From Candidatus Sysuimicrobiota bacterium (lineage in GTDB: Bacteria; Sysuimicrobiota; Sysuimicrobiia; Sysuimicrobiales; Sysuimicrobiaceae): 64,000 nucleotides of DNA. The notes beneath the pieces were generated by a model, which had not been told where the DNA came from, searched no databases, and saw only the letters and a program-made list of their open reading frames with translations. Each line of letters starts with the position of its first letter. Position 1 is the stretch's first letter. The DNA lies in NCBI GenBank assembly GCA_040289515.1, contig PSLI01000002.1, positions 1 to 64,000 on the forward strand, written 5' to 3'. Below are positions 50,332 to 60,600 of the stretch, one piece after another. The position numbers and the translations under genes were made by a program.

Positions 50332-52707
50332 GTGTACGTGCTGGTCCTTCCGGACGTGGCAGCCCCGCTTGAGGGCCCGCTGCATTACGCAGTCCCGCCC
50401 GGCTGGGAGCCGTTGGCGGTGGGAGCGCGGGTGCTGGTGCCCCTGGGGGGTCGCACGGTGCCCGGGTTCGTAGTCGGTACCGACTCCGAAGCCCCCGTGG
50501 ACACGGTGCTGCCGGTGCGGGAGGTGATCTCCCGCACGCCCCTGTTCGACGCGGACACCTGGGAGCTGGCCCGCTGGGTGGCGGAGCGCTACCTGAGCCA
50601 CCCCCGGGACGCCCTGCGGGCGGCTTTTCCCACGCAGGCCGCTTCCAGGGTAGTGCGCCGGGTACGCCTCGTACGGGAGCCGGCTGGCCCGCTGCGGGAA
50701 GAAGGTGCGGTAGCCGAACTGATGGAGCGGCTGCGCGCGGGCCCGCTGCCCGAACAGGAACTGCAAGATGCCCCGCACCTGCGACGGGCTCTGGCGCGGC
50801 TGCGGCGCGCGGGGTGCGTGGAGTACGAGCTGGAGGCCCTGCCGCCGCGGGTGCGCCCCACCACGGAGGCGGTCCTGGAGCTGGCGGTTTCCCCGGAGCA
50901 GGCCTGGGAACTGGTGGGGCGGTGGCGGCGGACGGCCCCTCGGAAGGCGGCCGCACTGGAGAGGCTGCTGCGTTCTGAAGGGGTTGTGAGCTCCCACCTG
51001 GCCCGGGTGGTGGGCCGCTCCGCGCTGCGGGCTCTGGTGCAGGCGGGCGTGGCGGTGCAACGGCAGGTAGAGGTGGTGAGGGACCCCCTTGTGGGTACCT
51101 TCCGGGAAACGGGGCCGGCCTTGAACCCCACGGAGGAGCAGCGTGCTGCCTGCGCCGCAATCCAGCAAGCTCTCCAGAGCCGTCAGCACCGGGTGTTCCT
51201 TTTGCACGGCGTGACGGGCAGCGGGAAGACGGAGGTGTACCTGCGGTGCGCGGCGGAGGCCGTGGCGCGGGGAGGCCAGGTGCTGGTGCTGATCCCGGAG
51301 ATCGTGCTAGCCTCGCAAACGGTCGCCCGTTTTCTCGGCCGCTTTGGGGGCCAGGTGGCGGTGCTGCACAGCCAGCTGGGCGCGGGTGAGCGGTTCGACA
51401 CGTGGCGCCGGCTGCAGGCTGGAGACTTCCAGGTGGTGGTGGGCACCCGATCCGCGGTCTTCGCGCCGCTTCCGCGCCTGCGCCTGGTGGTGGTGGACGA
51501 GGAGCACGAGACCGCGTACAAGCAGCCACAGGCACCCCGTTACCACGCCCGGGACGTGGCGGTGGAGCGCGCCCGCAGGGCGGCTGCGCCGGTGGTGCTG
51601 GGCAGCGCCACTCCCTCCGTAGAGTCCCTGTGGCGAGCCTGCCGGGGGGAGTGGGACTATCTGCGGCTGACGCGGCGGGTACGGGACCGGCCGCTTCCGG
51701 AAGTACAGGTGGTGGACATGCGGGCGGAGAGTGGGCGGCTGTTCTCCCGCGCCCTCCTGCAGGCCATGCGGGACCACTTGGAGCGCAAGGACCAGGTGCT
51801 GCTGTACGTGAACCGAAGGGGCTACGCAGCCTGCCTGGTGTGCCGGGAGTGCGGCTACATACCCCGGTGCCGCCGGTGCGCGGTGTCCTTGACCTTCCAC
51901 CTGTCCAACCGGACCCTGCGCTGCCACTACTGCGGCCGGGTCCTGCGGGCTCCCAGCACGTGCCCCGGGTGCGGTGGCGTGGAGCTGCGGCCTTACGGCC
52001 CCGGAACCCAGCGGGTGGAGGAAGCATTAAGGAGCCTTTTTCCGGGTGTAGCGGTGGTGCGGGCCGACCGCGACACCCTGTCCCGGAAGGGCGCGCATGC
52101 GAAGCTAGTGGATGCGCTCCGGTACGGGGAGGTACGAGTCGTGGTGGGCACCCAGGTGGTAGCCAAGGGGTTGGACCTGCCGCAGGTGGGTCTGGTGGGC
52201 GTGGTGGCGGCGGACGTAGCGCTGTCGCTGCCGGACTTCCGGGCGGGCGAGCGCACGCTGCAGCAGTTGGTACAGGTGGCGGGCCGCGCGGGACGGGGCG
52301 ACCGGCCGGGGCGGGTGGTGATCCAAACCTACCAGCCCGAACACCCAGCCATCCGGGCGGCCGCAGCGCAGGACGTGCGGGGCTTCTACGAGCGGGAGTG
52401 GGAGGAGCGGCGCCGCTTGGGCTACCCGCCCTTCGCGAGCCTCGTGCAGGTGGTGGTGGCCTCCCGCGGGGAGGGCAAGGCCGCGGAGGCCAGCCGCGCT
52501 CTGGCGCAGCGCGTGCGCGGGGTCGAAGTCCTCGGGCCCTCACCCGCGCCGCTCAGCCCGCTTCGGGGCTGGTGCCGCTGGCGCCTGATGGTGCGCAGCG
52601 CAGAGGAGGGTGCCTCGCGCGAGGCGGTCGGGGAGGCCCTGCGGGGCTGGCGGCCTCCCGCGGAGGTGCGGGTGGCGGTGGACGTGGACCCCGTGGAGAT
52701 GCTATAG
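50332..52707 (+). CDS. priA: Primosomal protein N' helicase
   Basis: GVTGSGKTE, DEEH, YHARD, four CxxC pairs, QVAGRAGR, DVDP. Confidence 0.96.
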   Translation: MYVLVLPDVAAPLEGPLHYAVPPGWEPLAVGARVLVPLGGRTVPGFVVGTDSEAPVDTVLPVREVISRTPLFDADTWELARWVAERYLSHPRDALRAAFPTQAASRVVRRVRLVREPAGPLREEGAVAELMERLRAGPLPEQELQDAPHLRRALARLRRAGCVEYELEALPPRVRPTTEAVLELAVSPEQAWELVGRWRRTAPRKAAALERLLRSEGVVSSHLARVVGRSALRALVQAGVAVQRQVEVVRDPLVGTFRETGPALNPTEEQRAACAAIQQALQSRQHRVFLLHGVTGSGKTEVYLRCAAEAVARGGQVLVLIPEIVLASQTVARFLGRFGGQVAVLHSQLGAGERFDTWRRLQAGDFQVVVGTRSAVFAPLPRLRLVVVDEEHETAYKQPQAPRYHARDVAVERARRAAAPVVLGSATPSVESLWRACRGEWDYLRLTRRVRDRPLPEVQVVDMRAESGRLFSRALLQAMRDHLERKDQVLLYVNRRGYAACLVCRECGYIPRCRRCAVSLTFHLSNRTLRCHYCGRVLRAPSTCPGCGGVELRPYGPGTQRVEEALRSLFPGVAVVRADRDTLSRKGAHAKLVDALRYGEVRVVVGTQVVAKGLDLPQVGLVGVVAADVALSLPDFRAGERTLQQLVQVAGRAGRGDRPGRVVIQTYQPEHPAIRAAAAQDVRGFYEREWEERRRLGYPPFASLVQVVVASRGEGKAAEASRALAQRVRGVEVLGPSPAPLSPLRGWCRWRLMVRSAEEGASREAVGEALRGWRPPAEVRVAVDVDPVEML

Positions 52708-52720
52708 ACTCGCTTCAGGA

Positions 52721-53215
52721 ATGCGCATCGTCACCCTCGACGCTCCGGGAGGCAGCATCCTCCGCAAGCGGGCGCGGCCTGTGGGCCGCGTCACGAAGGA
52801 CGTGGTGCGCCTGATGGACGAGATGGTGCAGGTCATGCGGCGGGCACCGGGTGTGGGGCTAGCGGCCCCGCAGGTGGGCCGGAGCGTGCGGGTGATCGTG
52901 GTGGAGTACAACGGAACGCTGTACCAACTTGCGGATCCTGAGATCACCCAGCAGGCCGGGTCGGAGCTGGGGCAGGAGGGGTGTCTGTCCCTGCCGGGCA
53001 TCCTGTGTGATGTGTGCCGGGCGACCCACGTCGTGGTGCGGGGCAAGAACCGACGGGGTCGGACCGTGACCGTGCGCGCGGAGGGCTGGCTGGCCCGCAT
53101 CTTCCAGCACGAGATCGACCATCTGGACGGCGTCCTCATCACCGACCGCGTGGATAGCCCGGACCAGATCCACTACGTGGAGCGGGAACACCGGGTGGGC
53201 GAGGTGGTGGGCTAG
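52721..53215 (+). CDS. def: Peptide deformylase
   Basis: GVGLAAPQ, EGCLS, QHEIDH. Confidence 0.97.
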   Translation: MRIVTLDAPGGSILRKRARPVGRVTKDVVRLMDEMVQVMRRAPGVGLAAPQVGRSVRVIVVEYNGTLYQLADPEITQQAGSELGQEGCLSLPGILCDVCRATHVVVRGKNRRGRTVTVRAEGWLARIFQHEIDHLDGVLITDRVDSPDQIHYVEREHRVGEVVG

Positions 53216-53222
53216 TGGCCGG

Positions 53223-54137
53223 ATGCGGGTCCTGTTCTTCGGCACGCCCCGCTTCGCGATCCCGTCCCTGGAGGCGGTAGCGCGCGCTCACCACGTGGTG
53301 GCGGTGGTCACGCAGCCGGACAGACTTTCCGGGCGCGGGCTTCGTCCGAGCCCGCCTCCCGTGGCGGCGCGCGCCCGGCAGCTGGGGCTCCCGGTCCTGC
53401 AGCCGGAGCGGCTCCGGGATGTGCGGGAACAGCTACAGGGCGCTTGCCCGGACGTGGGGGTGGTGGTGGCGTACGGCCGCGTCCTGCCCAGGTGGCTCGT
53501 TTCGCTTCCTCGTCTGGGGTGTGTGAACGTGCACCCCTCCCTGCTCCCACGATACCGGGGAGCCTCCCCCATTCAGGCCGCCATCCGGAACGGGGACGCC
53601 ACCACGGGCGTCACCGTGCTGCGGGTGTCCGAGGAGCTGGACGCGGGAGACGTGCTGGCCCAACAGGAGGTGGAGATCTCGCCGGAGGACACCGCGGGCA
53701 GCCTGGAGGCGAAGCTGGCGGAAGTGGGGGCATATCTTTTGGTGGAGGTCCTGGAGGCCCTGGAGCAGGGCCGGGTGCAGCCGCGCCCGCAGGACTCCAC
53801 GCAGGCCACGTACTGCGGCAAGCTGTCCAAGCAGGACGGCCTCATCCGATGGGACTGGCCCGCGGAGGTGGTGGAGCGGCACGTGCGGGCCATGGATCCG
53901 TGGCCCGTGGCGTACACCGCGCACGGGGACAGGACGCTGAGGATCTGGCGGGTTAGAAAGACGGAGGGTTCGGGGCAGCCCGGCCAGGTACTGCGCCTGA
54001 CCCCGCAGGGGTTCGTGGTGGCCACAGCAAAGGGGGCGGTGGAGGTGCTGGAAGTGCAGCCGCCCTCCGGGCGCCGCATGACAGCCGCGGAGTACGCCCG
54101 GGGCTACCGTCTGCAGCCGGGAGACCGGCTGGGCTGA
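53223..54137 (+). CDS. fmt: Methionyl-tRNA formyltransferase
   Basis: FFGTP, NVHPSLLPRYRGASP, LDAGD. Confidence 0.97.
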   Translation: MRVLFFGTPRFAIPSLEAVARAHHVVAVVTQPDRLSGRGLRPSPPPVAARARQLGLPVLQPERLRDVREQLQGACPDVGVVVAYGRVLPRWLVSLPRLGCVNVHPSLLPRYRGASPIQAAIRNGDATTGVTVLRVSEELDAGDVLAQQEVEISPEDTAGSLEAKLAEVGAYLLVEVLEALEQGRVQPRPQDSTQATYCGKLSKQDGLIRWDWPAEVVERHVRAMDPWPVAYTAHGDRTLRIWRVRKTEGSGQPGQVLRLTPQGFVVATAKGAVEVLEVQPPSGRRMTAAEYARGYRLQPGDRLG

Positions 54138-54167
54138 TGGACAAAATGCGACCCGGTCCGTTACAAT
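54138..54167 (+). promoter_or_regulatory. Internal sigma70 promoter
   Basis: TGGACA-18 nt-TACAAT, followed by AGGAGGTG RBS. Confidence 0.6.
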
Positions 54168-54185
54168 AGGGCAGGAGGTGAGCGG

Positions 54186-54878
54186 ATGCTGCTCTACGGG
54201 GGTCCGCTGTTCTGGCTGGCGCTTGTTGCCTTTGGCTTCGCCCTGTGGGCGCAGTTCAAGGTGATGAGCGCCTTCCAGCGGTACAGCCGCGTACCCGCGG
54301 GGGTGGGGCTGACGGGTGCGGAGGTGGCGGCGCGGATCCTGCACGGGGCCGGCCTGTACGACGTACGGGTGGAGCCCGTGCGGGGACTGCTGTCGGACCA
54401 CTACGACCCGCGGGCCCGGGTCCTTCGGCTTTCGCCCGAGGTGTACGGCACGCCCTCGGTGGCAGCGCTGGGTGTGGCGGCGCACGAGGTCGGGCACGCG
54501 CTGCAGCACCGGGAGAATTACGCACCCCTGGCCCTGCGGAACGCCATCGTTCCCGTGGCCGGCATCGGTTCGCAGCTTGGGATCTGGCTGTTTGTGGTGG
54601 GCATGCTCCTGGGCCGGTCCGGCGGGCTGCTCATGGATCTGGGGATCGTGCTGTTCCTGGGTGTGGTGGTTTTCACACTGGTCACCCTGCCGGTGGAGTT
54701 CGACGCCAGCCGGCGTGCGGTGGCGGCGCTGCAGGCCCACGGCCTGGTGACCCCTCGGGAGCTGGAAGGAGTGAAGGCGGTGCTGGGGGCCGCGGCCCTG
54801 ACGTACGTGGCGGCCGCGGCAAGCGCCATCGTGGAACTCCTGCGTCTGCTGGCCATCCGCCATATGTCGCGGGAGTGA
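54186..54878 (+). CDS. YugP-like membrane zinc metallopeptidase
   Basis: LSDHYDP, AAHEVGHA, TLPVEFDAS, AALTYV. Confidence 0.92.
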   Translation: MLLYGGPLFWLALVAFGFALWAQFKVMSAFQRYSRVPAGVGLTGAEVAARILHGAGLYDVRVEPVRGLLSDHYDPRARVLRLSPEVYGTPSVAALGVAAHEVGHALQHRENYAPLALRNAIVPVAGIGSQLGIWLFVVGMLLGRSGGLLMDLGIVLFLGVVVFTLVTLPVEFDASRRAVAALQAHGLVTPRELEGVKAVLGAAALTYVAAAASAIVELLRLLAIRHMSRE

Positions 54879-56251
54879 CGGACAGGGCTTCCGCTGGTCG
54901 GGCCGGGCCGCGCACCCGCGCGGCCCGGCGTGTCTTCGCAGACGTCCGTTCCGGAAGGGAGCTCGCCCTTCGGGTCCTCCAGCGGGTGGAGCTACAGGGC
55001 GCGTTCAGCAACGTGGCCCTGCAGGCGGCCCTCGCGAAGGCTTCCCTGCCCCCGGGTGAGCGGGAGCTGGCCACGGAGCTGGTCCTGGGTGTGTTGCGGT
55101 GGCGCAGCCGCCTGGACTGGACGCTGCAGGCCAAGTACGACCGCCCGCTGGCGGACCTGCCGGCTGCGGTGCGGCAGATCCTGCGCTTGGGGGCCTACCA
55201 GCTCCTGTTCCTGCACCGGGTGCCGGCTGCGGTGGCCGTGAGCTCCAGCGTGGAGCTGGCCAAGGAGTACGGACATGCGGGTACCGCCCGGCTGGTGAAC
55301 GCCTTGTTGCGCCGGATCGGCCGGGAGGGGGAAGCGCCCCCGCCCGGGGCGGAGGACGAGCGACTGGCAACCGTCACCAGCCACCCGTTGTGGTTGGTAC
55401 GGCGCTGGCTGGCCCGATGGCCGCAGGACGAGGTGCGGGCCCTGTGCCAAGCGAACAACGAGATGCCCTGGGCTCACGTGCGGGTCAACACCCTGAAGAC
55501 CTCGGCCGCGGACCTGGCCTCCCGGCTGCAGCAGGCAGGGCTGGAGGTCCGAAGGGGGTCGCTGCCGGAGTCCCTGTACGTCCGCGGCCCGCTGGAGGCC
55601 CGGCTCAATCTGGCGCAGGAAGGCCTGCTGGTGGCTCAGGACGAGGCGGCCATGGTGGTGGCTCACGCCGTGGACCCGCAGCCGGGCGACGTGGTGGTGG
55701 ACGCCTGCGCGGCACCCGGAGGGAAGGCCACGCACCTGGCCGCCCTGATGCGCGACCAGGGCCGGGTGGTGGCGTGCGACGTGCACCCGGGCAAAGTGGA
55801 AGTGCTGGCCCGGCGGGCTCGGCTCCTGGGTGCTACCTGCGTGGAAGCGCGGTGTTGCGACGCCCGGAACTTGGAGGTGCGGGACGCAGACCGGGTGCTG
55901 GTCGACGCCCCGTGTACGGGGCTGGGGGTGCTGCGGCGCCGCCTAGAGATCCGGTGGCGGGTGCAGCCGGGGCACCTGTCCCGGGCCGCGGAACTGCAAC
56001 GGGCCATCCTGCAGAGCGCCAGCGAGGCGGTGCGGCCGGGCGGGGTGCTGGTCTACAGCGTGTGCTCCACGGAGCCCGAAGAGGGGGAGGCCGTCGTAGA
56101 ATGGTTCCTGGCCTCCGGGTCGTTCGCCCCGGAGCCCTTCACGGTCCCGTGGCGGGAGGGGACCCTTCGGGCAGACGGCGGGATGCTCCGCCTGTGGCCC
56201 CACCACCACGGCACCGACGGCTATTTCGTGGCGAGGATGCGCAGAAGATAA
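54875..56251 (+). CDS. rsmB: 16S rRNA m5C967 methyltransferase
   Basis: NusB-like N-terminus; DACAAPGGK, DAPCTG, YSVCS, DGYF. Confidence 0.94.
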   Translation: MTDRASAGRAGPRTRAARRVFADVRSGRELALRVLQRVELQGAFSNVALQAALAKASLPPGERELATELVLGVLRWRSRLDWTLQAKYDRPLADLPAAVRQILRLGAYQLLFLHRVPAAVAVSSSVELAKEYGHAGTARLVNALLRRIGREGEAPPPGAEDERLATVTSHPLWLVRRWLARWPQDEVRALCQANNEMPWAHVRVNTLKTSAADLASRLQQAGLEVRRGSLPESLYVRGPLEARLNLAQEGLLVAQDEAAMVVAHAVDPQPGDVVVDACAAPGGKATHLAALMRDQGRVVACDVHPGKVEVLARRARLLGATCVEARCCDARNLEVRDADRVLVDAPCTGLGVLRRRLEIRWRVQPGHLSRAAELQRAILQSASEAVRPGGVLVYSVCSTEPEEGEAVVEWFLASGSFAPEPFTVPWREGTLRADGGMLRLWPHHHGTDGYFVARMRRR

Positions 56252-57330
56252 TGGAGCATCCGGACCTTCGTTCCCAGTATGAGGAGGAGCTGCGCTCCTG
56301 GTTGGTAAGGCTTGGGGAGCCCCCCTACCGCGGCCGCCAGCTGGCCCGCTGGGTCCACGCGCACGGAGCGCGCAGCTTCGAGAGCATGACGGACTTACCG
56401 ACCACCCTGCGGCGGCGCCTGGCGGAGGAGGCGCACCTCACCTGCCTGCAGGTGCTCCGCCGTACCACCTCCGCAGACAGGTCCACCACGAAGTACCTCC
56501 TGCGGTGCGGGGACGGCAGCACCGTGGAGAGCGTGTGGATGCGGTACGCCGACGGCCGCCGCAGCGCGTGCGTCTCCACCCAGGTGGGCTGCGGCATGGG
56601 GTGCACCTTCTGCGCCACCGCCCTGGCGGGCTTGTACCGCAACCTCACCGCGGGCGAGATTACCGACCAGGTGCACGTCATGCAGCAGGACCAGGGGGAG
56701 CGGGTCACCCACGTGGTGTTCATGGGCATGGGAGAACCCCTGGCCAACCTGGATGCCACGGTGCGGGCGGTCCGACTGCTGAACGCCCCGTACGGGCTCC
56801 GGGTGGGGATCCGGCGCATCACGGTGTCCACCGTGGGCCTGGTCCCGCAGATCCGGCGCCTCGCGCAGATGAACCTGGGCTGCACCCTGGCCGTATCCCT
56901 CCACGCGCCGGACGACGACTTGCGGACCCAGCTGGTGCCCGTCAACCGGCGCTACCCCCTCGCAGACCTTTTGGACGCCTGCCGGGAGTACGTGGCGCGC
57001 ACGGGCCGGCGGGTGACCTTTGAGTACGTGTTCCTGGAGGGGCTGAACGACACGCCCGATCACGCGCGCCGCCTGGCACAGCGCCTGCGGGGCCTACGAA
57101 GCCACGTGAACCTGATCCCGTGGAACCCCGTGCCGTCCCTTCCATATCGGCGCCCCAGACCGGAGCACGTGCGAGAGTTCGCGCGCACCCTGCGGGAAGC
57201 CGGACTTCCCGTCACGGTGCGGGTGGAGCGTGGCCTGGACATCCTCGCAGCCTGCGGGCAGCTGCGGGAGGCGCACAGGCCCGGAGGCGGGGTTGCGCGC
57301 AGCCTGCAGGCCGTGGCCGGGACGGTCTAG
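56251..57330 (+). CDS. rlmN: Radical SAM RNA methyltransferase RlmN
   Basis: CGMGCTFC, MGMGEP, SLHA, AACGQL. Confidence 0.96.
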   Translation: MEHPDLRSQYEEELRSWLVRLGEPPYRGRQLARWVHAHGARSFESMTDLPTTLRRRLAEEAHLTCLQVLRRTTSADRSTTKYLLRCGDGSTVESVWMRYADGRRSACVSTQVGCGMGCTFCATALAGLYRNLTAGEITDQVHVMQQDQGERVTHVVFMGMGEPLANLDATVRAVRLLNAPYGLRVGIRRITVSTVGLVPQIRRLAQMNLGCTLAVSLHAPDDDLRTQLVPVNRRYPLADLLDACREYVARTGRRVTFEYVFLEGLNDTPDHARRLAQRLRGLRSHVNLIPWNPVPSLPYRRPRPEHVREFARTLREAGLPVTVRVERGLDILAACGQLREAHRPGGGVARSLQAVAGTV

Positions 57331-57344
57331 GCACAGGCGCCCTC

Positions 57345-57668
57345 GTGGAGGCCAAGACCCGCATCTTTCGCTTCCGGACCCCGCCGGTGCTGAGGGTGGT
57401 GGCGGGGCCGGGCCGCGGGACGGTGTGGGTGGTGCAGGGCACGCACACCGTGGGCCGCGGGCCCACCTGCGACCTGGTCCTGCCCGACCCAGCTGTGTCC
57501 AGGCAGCACGCGCTGGTGTGCTGGGGGCCGGACGGGACGGAGGTGGTGGATTTGGGGTCCACCAACGGCACGTACGTGAACGGGCGGCGCGTGGCTCGGT
57601 GCCGCCTGCAAGACGGGGACCGTCTGCAGCTGGGGGAAGTCGTGTTGGAATATCGGGAGAGGCCGTGA
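57345..57668 (+). CDS. FHA domain protein (binding residues intact)
   Basis: VGRG, VSRQHA, DLGSTNGTYVNG. Confidence 0.92.
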   Translation: MEAKTRIFRFRTPPVLRVVAGPGRGTVWVVQGTHTVGRGPTCDLVLPDPAVSRQHALVCWGPDGTEVVDLGSTNGTYVNGRRVARCRLQDGDRLQLGEVVLEYRERP

Positions 57669-58099
57669 GCGAGGTCCTGCAGGCGCTGAGGTATGCCGTC
57701 CTGGCGGGCCTGTTCGTGTTTCTGTACCGTGTGGTGCGGGCTGTGGGGGACGACCTCGGGCAAGCGGCCTCCGGTGGGCCGTGGGCCGTACTGGTGGTGG
57801 AGGAGGGGCCCGGGCTGAGCCCTGGCGAGGTGTTCGCTGTGCGGGGCGAAGTCGTGGTGGGCCGCGCGTCCACCTGCGACGTGGTGGTCCCGGATCCGGG
57901 GGCGGGTGCCCGTCACGCACGGCTGGTGACGGAAGGGGAGGGGTTCTGGCTGGAAGACCTGGGAAGTCCCGGGGGCACGTACCTGAACGGACGCAAGCTG
58001 GAGGCCCCCGCTCCGCTGCGCCAGGGAGACCGCATGCGGGTGGCCTCCACGGTGCTGCGGTTCGTGCAGCCGCACAACACCTGGACAAAAGGGAGCTGA
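57665..58099 (+). CDS. Membrane-anchored FHA protein (FhaB/FipA-like), degenerate binding motif
   Basis: N-terminal TM; VGRA, AGARHA (Ser absent), GSPGGT (Asn absent). Confidence 0.85.
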   Translation: MSEVLQALRYAVLAGLFVFLYRVVRAVGDDLGQAASGGPWAVLVVEEGPGLSPGEVFAVRGEVVVGRASTCDVVVPDPGAGARHARLVTEGEGFWLEDLGSPGGTYLNGRKLEAPAPLRQGDRMRVASTVLRFVQPHNTWTKGS

Positions 58100-58106
58100 A
58101 GGACCC

Positions 58107-59264
58107 GTGCTCAGGCGTGCGGATCTGCACGGGCTTGTGCTGGCGGTGGGGTTGGGAGGGGTGGCGCTGGTGCACTGGGCCAGGAACCCGCAGGAGCCGC
58201 CGGTGGTCCTCGTGTATGCGGCCGCGGTGCTGTTCAGTTTCTTTGTGGTGGACGTCGTCCTACGCCCGAAGGAAACCCTCCTACTGCCGCTGACCGGACT
58301 GCTGGTGGCGGTAGGACTTGCGAACCTGTACCGGTTACGCCCGCAGCTGGTGGCCGAGCAGGCGGCATGGATGTGCGTGGGGCTGGCCCTGGGGGTGGCC
58401 GCCTCGCGGAGTGCCCGCACGGTGAGGGAGTTTGCGCGGGTACCGGCACTTGCAACTTTGCTCGTAGCGGCCTCCGTCGTTTTATGGGGTGGGTCACAGG
58501 TGGGGGCGTACCCGGTCGCAAAAGACATCCCCTCCCAGCTGGCCAAGCTGCTCGCGGTGCTCGTGGGTGCGGCAGAACTGCACCGGGGTTCCCTGCGGGG
58601 ACCCGTGATGGCCGCGTGGGCGGCTGGGGTGGCGCTGGTTCTCCTGGGGGGGGACGTGAGTACCGCTTCGTTGCTGGTGTGGGTGGGTATCGTTGTAGCG
58701 TACTGCGCGGGCGCATCCTGGTCGACCCTCGTGCCCGCATTCGGCGGGTTCCTCTTGCTGGCGAGCTTGGCCCACGCGGGTCTGCCGCAGCTGACGGAGC
58801 GGGTCAAGGGGTGGGTCAACCCGTGGGGTGACCCCCTGGGTTTTGGCTACCCGCTGGTGCAGAGCCTGTTCGCCATGGGATCGGGGGGGCTGGTGGGCGC
58901 CGGTCCGGGCTTTGGCTACCCGGAGCTCGTGCCGCAGGGCCACACCACCTTCGCCCTGGCCGCGCTAGCTGAGGAGTGGGGGTTCGTGGGGGTCCTCGCG
59001 CTGCTCTCGGGCTACGCGATGTGGGTGGGCAGGGCCCTGCGGTGGGCCGTGCTGGCACCATCCCGCTACGCCCGGTTGCTGGCAGCTGGCGCTGTGGCCC
59101 TGGTGGGCGGGGAGGCGTTCCTGGCTGGTGCGGCAGCCACCGGCCTGCTTCCCGCCACGGGCGCGGGCCTGCCGTTTGTGAGCTACGGGCCGGCTTCCGT
59201 GGTGGTGCACCTGGTGGTGCTGGGGCTATTGCTGGCCGCCCCGGGGTTGCAGGAGGCGCGGTGA
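58107..59264 (+). CDS. SEDS family (RodA/FtsW-like) protein, catalytic Asp absent
   Basis: Multi-TM; W.NPW, GSGGLVGAG, HTTF (for HTDF), AEEWG, LLPATG..LPFVSYG. Confidence 0.85.
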   Translation: MLRRADLHGLVLAVGLGGVALVHWARNPQEPPVVLVYAAAVLFSFFVVDVVLRPKETLLLPLTGLLVAVGLANLYRLRPQLVAEQAAWMCVGLALGVAASRSARTVREFARVPALATLLVAASVVLWGGSQVGAYPVAKDIPSQLAKLLAVLVGAAELHRGSLRGPVMAAWAAGVALVLLGGDVSTASLLVWVGIVVAYCAGASWSTLVPAFGGFLLLASLAHAGLPQLTERVKGWVNPWGDPLGFGYPLVQSLFAMGSGGLVGAGPGFGYPELVPQGHTTFALAALAEEWGFVGVLALLSGYAMWVGRALRWAVLAPSRYARLLAAGAVALVGGEAFLAGAAATGLLPATGAGLPFVSYGPASVVVHLVVLGLLLAAPGLQEAR

Positions 59265-60577
59265 CCAGACGCGTTCGGATCCTTTTGGGGATCCACCTGG
59301 GGCTTGTGGTGTTGCTAGTCAGCTGGGTGGCCTACTGGCAGGTGGTGCGGGGTCCTGAGCTGGCCGTTCACCCCGGCAATCCCCGCTTGCTGCTCGCGGA
59401 AGAGCGCATCCAGCGGGGCAGGGTCCTGGACCGAAAGGCGCGCGTGCTGGCCTACAGCGTCCGCCGGGACGGGCGAACCCTGCGGGTCTACCCCGGCGGC
59501 GAGGTTTTCAGCCACCCGGTAGGCTACCGCAGCTTGCTGCTGGGGAAGGCCGGGCTGGAGGCCACCTGGGACGCGGAGTTGTTGGGAGTGTTTGAGCGGA
59601 GGGCGTGGGAGCAGCTGCGCAGGCGGGGGGGTCGGCCTCCCGTTGGGCTAGATGTGGTGACCACCCTGGACGCGGAGCTGCAGCGGGCCAGCTGGGAAGC
59701 GTTGGGACCTCGGCCGGGTGCTGTCGTGGTGGTGGAGTTGCGTACTGGGCAGGTACTGGCCTCCGTCAGCCGCCCGGGATTCGACCCGAACCGTCTGGAG
59801 CAGAGGTGGGCCGAGCTGCGGTGGGCCCCGGGCTCCCCCCTGGTGGACCGTGCCAGCAGCAAGGTGTACCCCCCGGGGCGGACCTTTGGCATCGTGGTGC
59901 TGAGCGCGGCCCTGAGCCGGGGGCTGGTGGGCCTGGACAGCCCTGTCGGCTGCGGCAACGCCGCCGCGGTCCCTGCCCACCTGGTACGGGAGGTGCTCAC
60001 CGCGGGGTGCACCCAGGGCTTGGTGCGGCTTGGTGAGGCCCTGGGCGGCAGGATCCTGCGGGAGATGGCGGAGGCCTTCGGGCTGGGCCAGCCACCAACC
60101 GGGGACGTGCCGGCAGCTGCGGGCCAGTTGCCAGAGGTCGGTGACCAGCTCCGCGACGATCTGACCCACGTGGTGGCGGGGGGAGGCCGGGTCTTGGCCT
60201 CGCCCCTGCAGATGGCCGCCGTGGCGGCTACCCTGGGACGCGGGGGCGAAAGGGTGGAATTGCGCTTCGTCCAGCGCGTGCAGCACGCGGAGGGCCGGGC
60301 CCTGGAACGAACTTTTCAGCGGGCCCCGGTGCGCATCCTGGCAGTTGAGGTGGCTCAGGCGGTGGTGGAAGCCATGAGGGCTTCGGGTGGGGGATTACTC
60401 GCAGGGGTCCGGGGCACGGTGCGCGTGGGGCCTGCGCCCGTGGGGTGGTTCGTGGCGCTGACTCCGACAGATCTGCCGCGACTTGCCCTGGCGGTGGTGG
60501 TGGAGGGCGCCGGCGAGGAGGTGGCGTGGGCGGTGGCCGGGAAGGTCGCGCAGGCAACCCTGCGGGTGGTACCGTAG
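59261..60577 (+). CDS. Class B PBP (PbpA-like), catalytic motifs absent
   Basis: TM + YWQV, RGRVLDR, R.YP, GLE, TTLDAELQ, TGQVLA, SPLQMA, GWF; YPPGRTFG in place of YPPGSTFK. Confidence 0.85.
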   Translation: MTRRVRILLGIHLGLVVLLVSWVAYWQVVRGPELAVHPGNPRLLLAEERIQRGRVLDRKARVLAYSVRRDGRTLRVYPGGEVFSHPVGYRSLLLGKAGLEATWDAELLGVFERRAWEQLRRRGGRPPVGLDVVTTLDAELQRASWEALGPRPGAVVVVELRTGQVLASVSRPGFDPNRLEQRWAELRWAPGSPLVDRASSKVYPPGRTFGIVVLSAALSRGLVGLDSPVGCGNAAAVPAHLVREVLTAGCTQGLVRLGEALGGRILREMAEAFGLGQPPTGDVPAAAGQLPEVGDQLRDDLTHVVAGGGRVLASPLQMAAVAATLGRGGERVELRFVQRVQHAEGRALERTFQRAPVRILAVEVAQAVVEAMRASGGGLLAGVRGTVRVGPAPVGWFVALTPTDLPRLALAVVVEGAGEEVAWAVAGKVAQATLRVVP

Positions 60578-60600
60578 GCGCAGCGAAGGGAGGCCTGCGC

